Assembly: GCF_016433145.1 (NCBI RefSeq)
Contig: NC_058134.1
Coordinates: 283,927,920-283,991,919, forward strand
DNA length: 64,000 bases
Source: Gracilinanus agilis
Lineage: Eukaryota
Direction: 5' to 3'
Within the stretch, counting starts at the first letter, position 1. Each line of letters begins with the position of its first letter. This document shows, one piece after another, positions 49,303-61,516 of the stretch. The notes below the pieces were generated by a model, which searched no databases, was not told the DNA's origin, and saw only the letters and a program-made list of their open reading frames with translations. The position numbers and the translations under genes are program-made.

Positions 49303-49865
49303 TGGTTATTCTATCACAGGCCTCAGGAATGGAGGATTAATTAAGCAGTCAGATCTCAATCTTTCCAAAGCCAAACAATAGCTTATTATTAATCAATCTA
49401 ACCTCAGGTTGGCCACTGCCAAATCAAAGATAGTAGTCTGCTCTGTGGATGCAGCTGTATTGATGATTTCCTCTCAGCTTTCTTATTATCAGTTTGTGAT
49501 GTGTTAGCCTTCAGGAAGTAACCACCCTTAAAAACCACCCTTTTATTCTCATACCTCTCTTCCTCCCATTTACCACCCAGGCTCAGATACCTAAAAGTTA
49601 AGATGATTCAGATACCTAAAAATCTAGGGAGATTCAGAGAGATCCAATGACCAATGGTCAGAGACCCAAAGATCAATGGTCAAAGACCAAAGACCAAAGA
49701 TCAATAGTCAAAGCCCCTTCCCAGATGGTTGTTAGGGGTATTTATACACTCAGGCCAAACGACTTTTGCCCCTGGCTCACGGCATCTGGGAACATTCCAA
49801 TGTCTCCAACTGTCTTCCCTGTCAATCAAGATGAGACCAACATTTCCCAGGATTTGAACATAACA
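49303..49865 (-). mobile_element. Solo LTR of a related family in opposite orientation
   Basis: TSD TGAG (49299-49302, 49866-49869); its 5' 150 bp is homologous to 48721-48860. Confidence 0.82.
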
Positions 49866-52800
49866 TGAGTGAATTCATCCCAGTCATATTTAGTGTTATG
49901 GTTCTTAATGGTGTATTGCCCTCCATCTTATTATTCCCTTTAGATCTTGCTCTATTCCCTTTCATTCTATTCCTTCTCACCAGTATTTTGCTTTTTGTCA
50001 CCCCTCCAGTTCCCCCTCCCCACTGAGTATACTCATTTTTTCCCTCTCTGAGCCAGTTACAATGAGAGTAAAAATTTAAGTATTGTCTGTCACCACCCTT
50101 ATCCTCCCCTCTCTGTATTGATTTTTCTTGCCTCTTTATGTTATATAATTTATCATATTCTATATCTCCCTTCCCTATTATTCTCTTAGTGCAACCCTCT
50201 CTTTCAACCCTTGATTGATTTTTTTACATGTCATTCATATGCATACATATCATATCATATATACATATCATTCCATACCATCACACTTACATATACATCA
50301 TATTACAATCAGCTTACTTCTCCACCTTATTTCTGAATTCCTTCTATCTTGTCTACTACTAAGAATAATTTTTGAGAATTACAGAAATCCTCTTTCCAAG
50401 TAGACATATACACATTTTTACCTTAATGAGTCCCTTAATTTTTCTCTTTCTTATTTACCTTTCTGGGCTTCTCTTGTGTCTCATATTTGGCCTTCAAATT
50501 TTTTGTGTAGGTCTGGCTTATTCCTTAGGAATGCTTGTAAATCTTCTATCTTATTGAATGACCATTCCCCACCTAAAAGAATATGCTCAGTTTTGCTGGA
50601 TAAGTGACTCTGAGTTGTAAAACCAAATCTTTTGCCTTCCTGAATATCATATTCTAAGCCTTGTGATCCTTTAATGTAGAGGCCACTAGGTCCTGATTGT
50701 AACTCCATGGTATTTGAATGATTTCTTTCTGGCTGTCTGAAGTATTTTTTCCTTGGCTTGGTGGCTCTTGAATTTAGCTATTACATTCCTGGAAGTTGTC
50801 AGTTGAGGATTTCTTTCTGTAGGTGAATCTGTGTATTCTTTCAATTTCACTTTTATTTTCTTGTTCAAGGATCTCTGGGCAGTTATCTTTGATGATTTCT
50901 TGTAATATGATATCCAAGGTTTTTTCACCATCATGGCTTTCAGGCAGTCCAATAATTCTCAGATTATCTCTTCTAGATCTCTTTTCTAGGTCAGTTGTTT
51001 TTAAAAAATATTTCATATTTTCCTCTGATTTTCATTCCTTTGATTCTGCTTTATTGTTTCTTGATTTCTCATGAAATGTTTCTAGATGGTCAATTCTGAT
51101 TTTTAAGGCCTACTTTTTCCTCTGTCAGTTTTTGGTTCTCCTTTCTTGATTGGCCCATTTCTTCTTGTATCATTTTCATTTCTCTTCCCCACTTTTCCTC
51201 TGCCCCTCTTAATTGATTTTTTAAGTCTTTTTTGAGCTCTTTCAGAATATGTGTCCAATTCATATTTTTCTTTTGGACTTTGCATGTGTTTCCTTTGCTT
51301 TCACTGTCCCTTTCTGTGTCTGGACCTTGCTCTTTGTCTCCATAAAAATTCTTTAGAGTTAGGTGCTTTTTTTTTGTTTGCTTATTTCCCCTATCTAATT
51401 ATAGGTAGACTTTGTTTTCTGGGAAGTTGGGGTACTCTCTTAAACTTCAGTCCTTCTTTGATGATATTTTAAATTTATTTTCTGGATCTGAGGGCTGAGA
51501 GCTATGAGAGCCTCCTTCCCCTGCTGATTCAATTGACCCTTGAGATTCTGATAGCTTAAAGACTTTCCTCAGGTTTGGGTGTACGTTTTTGATTTCAGTC
51601 TGACCTGATCAGGACAAGTGCTGATCAAATTGTAGCCCCAGGCTTAAGCTCAAGATTTTTGTCTCAAGATATTCTTGATTCAATCAGGAACACCCTTGAT
51701 TACCCTGTCCTGGAGCTCCACTCTTAGTTTTAGGCAAAAAGATCCTGGGGAGGCTCCCTCTGAGAACTGTGTCCTTACCCCAAACCATGGATTATGTCCT
51801 CATCCCAAGCCCAGACTTGGATTCCTCACTTCACTCTAGGCTCATGCAGATCAGCCCTCTTCAGCCCAGATTGCCCTGGGCTGGGACTCCAGACATCTCC
51901 ACAGGTTTGAAATTTCAAGGGGTGTGAGTTGGCTTGGACCAGTATTTGCCCAAGCAGGATCTCAGGGTCTGCTTGTTAGGTAAGGCTTTAGTTCAGAACC
52001 TATGAGAGCAGATGTGGGGGTGTGGGGTGTGAAGTATGGTTTGCTCTTGGCTTGCTCTTCACTCATTGCTATGCCCTCTGCTAGCTCTGCTCCCCTCTCC
52101 CCTCAGTTCCCCAGATGGTCTCTGCCTACCTTTTGGGTTTTTCTTTTTTTTGAAGGTTGTTTCACTCTGTCTCTTTGTTGGTTCTCTCACTCCTTTATTC
52201 ACTTTGTGGTGACATTTTACTTTTGGTCAGAGAGGATTTTCGTGGTAAAATGGTGCTGCTCTTCTAGTTACTCTGATATGAAAGATTTCTCATGATTTTT
52301 GAATTTGAACAAAAAGTTTCTCCCCCTGGGCACATAACAACTAGAGTGGTGGTCCTGGAATCAGGAAGTTTTCAGTTCACATCCTATCTGTGCCATTAAC
52401 TGGTTATATATCCCTACCTACATTACTTAATCTCTCAGCACCTGGTCTATAAAATTGGGATAATGAAAATAGCACTTACATTACATGGTTGTTCTTATGA
52501 TTAAGTGAAATAATACTTATAAAGTACTTTACAAATCTCAAAGCACTTTTGAAATGCTATTGCATGTTTCTCAACTTTGCACAATACCTTTGCAAACACT
52601 GACCAAGTATTAGGGCATTAAATACCTCACAAACACATTCAGAAATGCAGAAATATTAAAAACATCTTTACTAAAGATCATGCAAAATGAAAGTATATTC
52701 ATTGAAGGGAATTTGGAAGAAGGATTAAAAATCATTTGGGGACTAAATCCAAAAAATTCAAAGGTTAAAGAGTGAATGCTAGAAGAAAAGATAATTTCAT

Positions 52801-54578
52801 CAAAGAAAATGATAACTATGAGACACCTTAATGAAATATAAGTCATGCAGGCAAAGCAGACTTAGCGGAAAACTTTCTTATTCAAAAGAATTGAAAGAAT
52901 GGAACAATTACTAGAGCATACCTCTAATAATGAGAAAAGCAACAAATCAAACATCCCTAGGAAACACTGAATTAGAATCCTGAAAAATCAAAATAGATAC
53001 TGAAAAATTTGAAATAAAAATGTCAACAATAACAATTCATTAAATTGAATGGAAAAGCCAAGAGATGGCATGATGAAGAAAAGAAAAGATACAGTTAGAG
53101 GATCTGATTAAATGAAGAAGGGGAAAGCCTAATCACCAATATCCAAAATGGAAAAAAATAACTTAGAAAAAATGAAGATGAAATAAAAGAACTTACAAAA
53201 ACTATTTGGGGCAATTGTATGCCATCAAAAATTGTTAACTTCAGTGAAAGATTTTTACAAAAATACAAAAAGTTCAAGTTAATTGGACAATAAAGAAAGA
53301 ATTTAAATTGCACAATTTTAGAAAAAGAGAGCAAGCTAATTATAAATGAACCCCTAAAGCTAAAGGGCCCAGGACAGGAAGGCTCTACAAATGGATTTAT
53401 CAAACATTCAAAGAAGAATTTATTCCAATATGACATATGCTTTTACAAAAATAGGAAAAGAATGATCTTAGCAGACTCTTTTTATGATACAAATATAGTA
53501 TTGATATCTACACCAGGATGATACAAAAGAAAAAAAACTAAGAAATGAGCCATTTTTCTTAATGAATATCGATCCCAAAATATTAGCAATGCATCTCCTA
53601 ACAGATAAACAGATTTTATACTATGTCCAGTTGTATTTATTTTGGGAATAGAGGTTTAGTTCAAAATAGTTATAATCATAACTAACTGTGTTAATAAAAA
53701 GTAATAAAAATGGTATAATTATATTAATATATGCTAAAGTCTTTTAAACAAAATTTAAACAAAATTCAACATTCATTTCTATTAAAGACCTAGGACAATT
53801 TTTATGTTGAAAATACTATTTGCACTGCTTAACTTACAGGTTTGTTGTAAGAAATGTGATTTGTTAACTTTAAAATGACACTTAAATATGTCTCTACACC
53901 TGTAAACACCCACTCACACTTATACATGTCATATATTATGTTGTGGGTATGCTGTATGGAAGAGGTTGATCATGGGACCTCTAATCAATTAAGTCTCTCC
54001 CAACCATATGATGAAATTTCACAATGTAAGGAGCAGTTAACCAAGACAATGAAGTATGAAAATGTGTCCCTTTCAGATTTTGAGGGGTTACATTCATAGT
54101 TTGAGTGTTGTACACCCAGAGTAATGGACTCATTCATTATAAAGGATATGAACTTGGGATCCACCTATTAGTTCATTTATTTAAGACTGCTGGGCAAAGG
54201 AATTTTGAAGAAGTCTCCATATTTTTCTCTTCCTTTAGGATGGTGGAAGGAATGCCTTAGTCAACTTAAGGGAATGCTCTGTCCCTGGTGATAAAAAACC
54301 ATAATGAAAGGAAGGGAATTAGCCCTGCTAATCCAGATGAGAACTAGATGGATGTACCTAGTTTATGAGAAAGCATCGAGGCAATTTTTGTCTTTCCCTC
54401 TCTACCTGTTCCAGAGCTCAGCATTGGAGAGAAGAGGATTTTTCTCTCCTTCACTTCCTTCCCTTCTGAATTCAGATACAAAATATTTCTTTATTTCCAC
54501 AGCATCCATTAACAAAATTTTAAAGCAAACAGCCACAAAATAGCATAGCTATTGTTATATTCTTCAAGGAAGTTGATG

Positions 54579-54892
54579 TGTAAAGATATGATACAGTTGC
54601 AGGTACTGCTGAATAGACATTTTACTTTTACTTGCCCTCAGTCCTGTCCAAACAGTTTTCTCTAGGCTTCTGTCTTCTGGTAAGCCATGGATAGAATTTC
54701 TTCCCAGGCAGGTTGTCAACTGCTCCAAAGCAAAACTCCCTTTTCAAACGGCTTATCATTGTTCAGCTCTGACCAACAGCACCAGGGTCTGTAAACCTCT
54801 CGAAGTTATTGTCTATAAAGGATTGTCTACAAAACTGGACATACCCATCATTATCTGGTCAATAAAACAGAAGCATCAGCTAGGCTCACACA
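54579..54892 (+). mobile_element. Possible short solo LTR
   Basis: TG...CA ends, AATAAA at 54861, imperfect TSD GATG/TATG. Confidence 0.4.
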
Positions 54893-54894
54893 TA

Positions 54895-57800
54895 TGTATT
54901 TTAGGTGGCATGAATTTCATTTCAATATATTTCTCTCAGGATGGGAGAAAAGGTTCTGTCATTTCTCCTGCACCCTCATGGAAAACCTAGACAGGGAGAG
55001 TTATTTGAACAATGGGAGAATTAAAGGAAGAAAAAGAATCATAAGCAACCTCTCCTTTTTAAATGTTATAGTATTCTACTGTTATCATAGAAAGGGGCAT
55101 AGGACCAATAAGAGAATTGTTTTGCCGTTACAAAGCATTCAATTATTTTAGCTGGTATGTTGAACACACGGTCAGCCAGAAATAGGGTACACTTAACTCA
55201 TGTTAATGGGTATATTATTTTTTCAATAATCTTTGTACTATATCAACTCAGTAAATTGCTTTTGTTTTGAACTTATTATGAACACTAATTTTAGAAGGGC
55301 AGTACCCAAACAATCTTGGTTCACTAGTCATACCTATTAGTATGTGTTCATGAAGGATTATTATCACTCAGAAGAATTATTATCAATCTAGACAGATACA
55401 GAGTAATATATTTGTACTGGACCTGTGGTTTTATTGGATTAGGACAATTGTCTCTAAACTTTTGAGCATGTCAGTTCTAATATATTTTTACTTTTAGGGC
55501 TAGAATCCAGGACGTGATCCTACTTTAAGTTAGAAAGGCTGGAAATCTTATTTCTCTCTCATTATTAATAAAATCTTATAAATTTATTATAACATCTCTT
55601 AGATGAAATCTTAATTATAACACTTTGGTGACACGAAGAGGAGACATTCCTTCTCTACTGATTTTTCCATTTCTTTCTTTCTTTCTCTTCCTCTCCCTCT
55701 CAGTTTTTCATAAAAGTAACAAACTAGAAAATATAATTTTTTTGAGTTCTGAGTTCCTGAGATGTGACAATGGCCACGTTGAGGATCAGTTTGGTGAGAT
55801 TTCAACCTTGTTCTTTTAAATTAGATTGTTAGCCTATGGAGAGAGAAAAGTAGAAAGCTTTTAGCTTATCCTCAGTATGATTTGAGTGGAGAAATGATAA
55901 CTTTTCTTTTTATTTCTATTTTTAGTTTAAAATTACCCAGTGCTCAGGGTAGTTCAAGGAGACCCTGTCATAGCTTGAGAAGGGAGTTTAAAGCATGATT
56001 TTTAAAAATGAGACCTTTTTAGGAACAAGTTTAAAGTTAAAGTTTTAAAGCATGACCTCTTGAGGGTAGGTCCTACAGTAAGATTGGAAAATTTGATTCC
56101 CTCTACCCCCTTTTTCTACTTTTTGAGAATTTTAAAGTTTAGACAATGGGAATTTTTCCAGGGACCCTAAAAAAATTCCAAAATATACCCGAAAAGAAAG
56201 TCCTCTGAATTAAGTGCTTATTTCATAGGAAGATAAGATACCCCCTGGAACCTTGGATGAAGAGGAAGGAAGCAATTTTTTCTGTAAATTGGTCAAAACA
56301 GGTTTCCTCATGGCCTAGATATGGTTCATTTGACTATAAGGCATTAAAGTGATTAATGATTTCTATAGAAGATAATCCCAATGAACTCTTTTACTGTTTT
56401 TTTTTCCTTGAAATTTCTACTAAGTCAGTGTCCACACCCCCTTGGTCCCCTAAATCTAAACCCTGTTAAACTTCTGTGTTCACCTTCTGGTTCTCTATCC
56501 CCAGACCCTTGCTTTATTTCTTTCTGAAGATTGGACCCTTGACAATGGGCTACATCTTTCAGCTCTCCTCATCCTCCTTTCCTGTCCCTGACCTTACCTC
56601 TTCCTTCTGACCCCACCTCCACTCCTCCCAGGATCTGTGCCCTGTTTCCTCCTCCTCTTTCTACTTCTCCTCCTCCATTTCCTCTTCTTCTTCCTTCCCT
56701 AACCCTTCCTCTCCTTCTACTTTTCCTCCTTTTTTCTCTTCCCCTTCCTTCTCCCCTTTTCTCCACTCTTCCTCCTCCTTCTCTCTCTCTTTCTGCTCTT
56801 CCTCTATCACATTCTCTTCCTCCTTCTTCCTCAACCCCACATGTCTTCTATTCTGTTTCTAACAGATTCTAGTCTTGGTAGTAGAAGCTAATGAAGCCCC
56901 AAGTAAAGGCATACTTCCTCTGAGGGAAGTTACCACACATGATCATAGAGGAGAGTTAGTAACAAGAGGAAATCATCTACCTTTTCTGGCAATTATCTTG
57001 ATGTATAGACAAAGCTCCTTCCTTTAATGTTGAACCCTTGCTGTGATCAAACTGTTTGAAAATATTTTTAGAATGCATAACCCAAGCTGGGTTGATGTAA
57101 TGGATCTCATGTATGCCTTACTGAGGGGTATAATAATAATTCTCAAGATGAGAATGCAAAAAAAATGGCCTTTAAAAGACCCAAAAGAGGACCCAAATGT
57201 AGCTGACAATACAATTATGTGAAGCCAGGGACACTTTGTGAAGGGTATGAAGTCTTACTCCTCAAGACCAGAGAATTGGGTAAAATTCAAATATATTAAT
57301 CAGGAAGCAAATGAACATTCAACCTCACTTTTATGATTAGATTATATAATTGTATAATTATACAATTGTATAATCAGAAGCAAGATATCTTGAGCTAGAG
57401 ATTTTGAAGATGACACATGCCTATATCATAAAAAACCATTTTGTAAATCACTCTTCCCCCAGAATTAGAGCCTTTTTGGAAGATTTGTCCAGACTGGCCT
57501 AGCATAGTGTTGAACCCATTACAATATAAAAAAATGTGGGTTTTTAACCTGTGAAGTGAACCATGGGCACAAATATAGAGAAAGGGAGAAAGCAAGGCAG
57601 AAGACACAAAAGAACATATAAGGATGTGTTTTGGAAGTAGCCTGAAGCCTCTTCAAGCAGGAGTCAATGCAATGCTATTTATATGGTAAACAAGGTCATG
57701 GAGCTATGACTTGTAGAAGGAAGAATCAGGAAAATAGGAACAGAACTTGGAGGGATATTAATAATAGGACCTCCAAAAGGGTTCATGATTCTAATGAGAT

Positions 57801-58784
57801 AAATCATAACCCAAACCATAACACCCTTTAAAGAACCCATAGTCACTGTGGGGGACTCTAGAGAAATGGCCAGATGTATGGCCAAAGGAATCAGGATTTC
57901 TGATGGCTCAAGGGAGGTGAAGGGACCTCCTGGAGTCTGGAGGTAAAGTTTACTCCTTTTCAGACCCCAATGTCTTGATGGTGCTAATTATTCCAGTTTT
58001 TTCCTTTCCCCCTCCTGAAGAGCCTCATGTAACTTTTAGGACCCTGAAGGAACTCAGCATGCTTGGAAAGGCCATTTCCAAGCATTGCTAACTACTTTTA
58101 CTACAATCAAAATTGGGATTCATTGTTCTCATGTAAAAAGGGTACCATCTTCTGGCACTGAGTAACTGTATCCTGTCACAAACATTGCATTTTATTGTTT
58201 TTGGATTTGGTTTTCCTTTCATTTTTATTCTTATCTTTGTGGGAAGTTTATAAATTAATCTAATCTAGGTTATTATGTTTTAAAAAGTTACTTTCAGTTA
58301 ATATGTTTTAGTTATTTGTTATAAGCCATGTTACATTTTCTTCATTTGTATCTTCTTCCCATGAATGGACTAGGGATAATGCTATCAACAAAAGTCCATA
58401 GTCAAGTGGGACATGCTCTTTCCCAAGGCAAGGCCATTGGACCTTATGGATGTTGAGTTTGTCACCAGATTCAAGGGAGTTCTGTTTTGTGGTGGGCAAC
58501 AATTTTAGTTCATGTGAATGAGACTTTGCCAGAACTTGCACCCTAGGAAGACCACAAGTTGCCAAATATGTTACATGTCACATAAATAACGACAGATGGG
58601 CTCTGTCTAGCTGCTCATAACCTCTATCATTGGTTTTTGAGAAATTCAAAGAGTTGAAAATCTCAGTCGATTTTAACAGGTCTTTTAAAGTAAGTTTCAG
58701 ATATTTGGGAGCCCCACTATCTCTGACTGATCATGTGCTTACCTTTGACTTGTGTGTGAAGAGAGATAAGGGTCCATTGAGTAG
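54895..58784 (+). mobile_element. ERV-C: 5' LTR (to 55622), PBS, gag remnant and start of pro; no 3' LTR
   Basis: AATAAA at 55567 and ...ATAACA end. PBS-like TGGTGACACGAAGAGGAGAC at 55626. Left LTR boundary uncertain. Confidence 0.8.
56146..57720 (+). pseudogene. gag: ERV-C gag remnant (MA, p12, CA, NC)
   Basis: WPRYGSFD (MA), proline-rich tract 56560-56840, HNPSWVDVMDLMYALL and NWVKFKYINQEANE (CA/MHR), knuckle CYLYGKQGHGAMTC at 57673-57714 with Cys2 mutated. Several stops and frameshifts. Confidence 0.85.
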
Positions 58785-59594
58785 TGTTATAGAGAAAGTA
58801 TAGATTAAGGTTAAGTTAGCAAAGAGCAGACTTTGCCTGGCAAGCTGGCAGGAACTTGAAAATTCCAAACTTGGAATTCTGGCATAGGGGACACTTTCAC
58901 AGAGAGACTCTGCATTAGGCAGTTGTTGTTGACAGTTGTGACGTGGGTAAGTAACTGTCTGGTGAGCCTGTGTGTGGTGTTTGGGATCTCAGGACTTTGG
59001 AGTTGGGCATTGGACATTGAATACAAGATCTTTTATTAAGACTGTGAAGGTGCAGGTTGAGACAGGATTTTTCTGTGTTGGTGGAGATACACAGAAAATC
59101 TCATCTCCCTCACTTTCCAAATTGGATTATCTTGCTGTTTAACCTGTGTCCTGGGGCAAGCTAAGACATCTAGACAACAGCCAAAGGACAGCTTCATGAG
59201 ATACCTTAACCCTGACCAGCCAGCCCTTGTCCTAGGGTGTCTGCTGATTAGAGTAGCCATCTCCAACCCTTCATTCTCTGTCAGTTAACCTTTAGATCTA
59301 AATGGTAGTTTTCTCTTACTTTCCGTCACTCCCTGTCCTAGTTTTGCTAATAAAACCCTGTTATACAGACCTTCCTTGTATCTTCTCCTTTCCTAGATAC
59401 CTTTATTGACAATAAGAACCCATTGTGAAGTAAAGCTGTTTCCCTGGTTTTGTTCATCTATCTGTTATCCAGTTATTTCCCAGCTTAGTGTGTGTTATCT
59501 GGATGTATTTCCCTTTAGTCAGTTAATTCTCCACTTCACCCCACTTGACTGAGGGACAAATTTAACCCCCCCCAGCATAACATCCACCATAACA
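58785..59594 (+). mobile_element. Solo LTR, 810 bp
   Basis: TGTTAT...ATAACA ends, TSD GTAG (58781-58784, 59595-59598). Confidence 0.9.
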
Positions 59595-59610
59595 GTAGTA
59601 AAGGTTCAAA

Positions 59611-60300
59611 TGAAAGGAAGATTCAATGCAGTAACTTTATTGTTGCTTTATTTTAAGAAATTACTCTGCCACTCCAACCTTCAACAGCCATGACTCTGAT
59701 TAGTCAGTAGCCATCAACACTGAAGCAAGACTTTCCACCAGCAAGAGTACAAGTTCATGAAGGGTCAGAGAATGATTAATGTTTTTTAGCAATAAAATAT
59801 TTTTAATTTTGGTATTTATATTTTTAAACATAATACTATTGCTCACTTAGTAGACTACAGAAAAGTATAAACATAATTTTTATATGTACTGGGAAACCAA
59901 AAAGTTGTGTTTATGATATATTGCAAATTTGCTTTATTACACTGGTCTGGAACGAAACTCGCAATATCTCTAAATTATACTTGTACTATTACTACTTCTA
60001 TTTATAAAATAAAGAAATTAAGGCAGATAGAAGTTAAGTGACTCACCCAGGATCACAAAGCAAATAAATGTCTAAGACTAGATTTGAACTCAGTTCTTCC
60101 TAACTCCAATCCAATAGTCTACCCACTGTACCACCTAGCTACCTATCATAATAATTACATGCCTCTTAAGTATTCAGATGCCATAATGTTCAGTCCAACT
60201 GGATAGATTTTTAAGGAAGAAAATAAGTATTTATTATGTACCAATTAGGTATCAGACACTGTGCTAAACACTTTCCAAATATCTCAGTTGACTTTCACAA
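59611..60300 (-). repeat. Inverted copy of an OR-unit block (Tigger end 59611-59983 plus MIRs)
   Basis: Reverse complement of about 37850-38830 and 44900-45180. Confidence 0.85.
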
Positions 60301-60667
60301 CAACCCTAGTAGGTTGAAGAAAACTAGGTGATTTCTAACCTAACTAGCAGGATTGCATCTTTAGAATCCATAGCTCCTTACCATACTGCAAGGGAATCTA
60401 CTCTAGTTTTACTGGATAACACCTGGCATGGATTTACTTCTTTTTGGACCTCGTTTCTTCACAGTCTTGAGATATTCCCCTTATACTCAAATCATTTTGG
60501 TGGAGTTGGATGAAACTGAATTTTCTCCTGACCAAGGTATCTGTACCTACATTTCAGTGAGATCAGGGAGTAGAAAGAAGTGGGTAGCTACTATTATTCA
60601 CTTCTCCTTAAATAGGTCAGGCCCAAGGGGCAAAACTTCCTGTCTTACTTCCTTTCTTCCCTCTAGC

Positions 60668-60884
60668 CAGTGTTGGCAAAGATGTGGCATGTATGCAGAG
60701 GTGCTCCTGGAGATTTTCCATTCCCTCTCTTCCCAGTGCCCGATGACATTTTTGCATGCCTCATCCCTCTTTTCAGCCACCCAAAGCAAGTACTTCCTCC
60801 CTCAGCTCTCTGGGGGTAATGTGGGGGTTTGCAGTTTGAATTTGCCCTCTGGGCACTCGAACTCAAAAGGTTTGCCATGGGCTG
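60668..60884. mobile_element. hAT MITE, family C (OC1/OposCharlie-like TIRs)
   Basis: CAGTGTTGGCAAA...GGGCACTCG...AAAAGGTTTGCCATGGGCTG; TSD CTCTAG(A)C; absent from the other three units. Confidence 0.8.
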
Positions 60885-61516
60885 CTCTAGACTATTGTCT
60901 GATCTCCTTTTCTCCAACTCTCTGCTCTGGGGATCCAATTCCCCATGGAATATGGCTCAGGGATGATAAATCAGAAAACCACATGGGAATGGCTCCAAGC
61001 CGCAGTTACCTCTAATAAGGGCTCTGGGAAGGACACCCATGGGCCCATGCAGATCAAATATGAAGGTTAGTTTCACCCACCCTTTCTCTTTTTCTTTCAT
61101 TCTTTTTCATCTCATCTTCTCTCATCTCTTTCCCACTCTTTCTTTCTCTCTTCTTTTCTTTTAGGTCTATCTTTTTTATACCTCTCACACTATTTCTTTA
61201 TTCTTCCATATACCTGTTTACATCTTCATTTGCCTATCCCAGGAACCCAGGGTTTTGGGAAGTGGAAGATTTCACAATGACGTTGCATATAGCAACTGAG
61301 TTCTAGCCCATTTCTCATTTTAATTATGATAGATTAAAAATTATGGTATAGTTTTTTCAGAGAGAATATCCTCATATTCCCCCTGCTTATCAATAATGGC
61401 CTCTATACTTGTCTAACCTGGATTTCTCTTGCTACAGCAGTTTGACTATTTTTTCCTTTTCTTTGGGACTGTTAACAACTCTTCCTTGGTGCGGCCTCAA
61501 ACCTGGATTTGGGCAT

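Larger units (their letters stand above)
45439..52274 (-). mobile_element. L1 with both ends (5' UTR, ORF1 about 50480-51300, degenerate ORF2) and nested insertions
   Basis: ORF1 peptides (LEKRSRRDNLRIIGLPE) and RT peptides ([16 protein letters not shown]). TSD GATATGAAAGAT(C/T)TC at 45424-45438 and 52275-52289. Confidence 0.92.

Noticed and set aside
56560-56840. Pyrimidine-rich tract as an H-DNA or regulatory element
   Set aside because: It occupies the proline-rich p12 position of gag. Similar tracts upstream of the OR genes are ordinary low-complexity DNA.
60428-61015. 195-aa ORF upstream of gene 4
   Set aside because: It runs through the hAT MITE, the paralogous frames are closed or shorter, and it has no recognisable domain.
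61409-61516. 36-aa N-terminal extension of gene 4 in the ORF track
   Set aside because: Starts at TTG, spans the putative intron/acceptor, and is not conserved as an open frame in the paralogs. The same applies to the 42267 start of gene 3.
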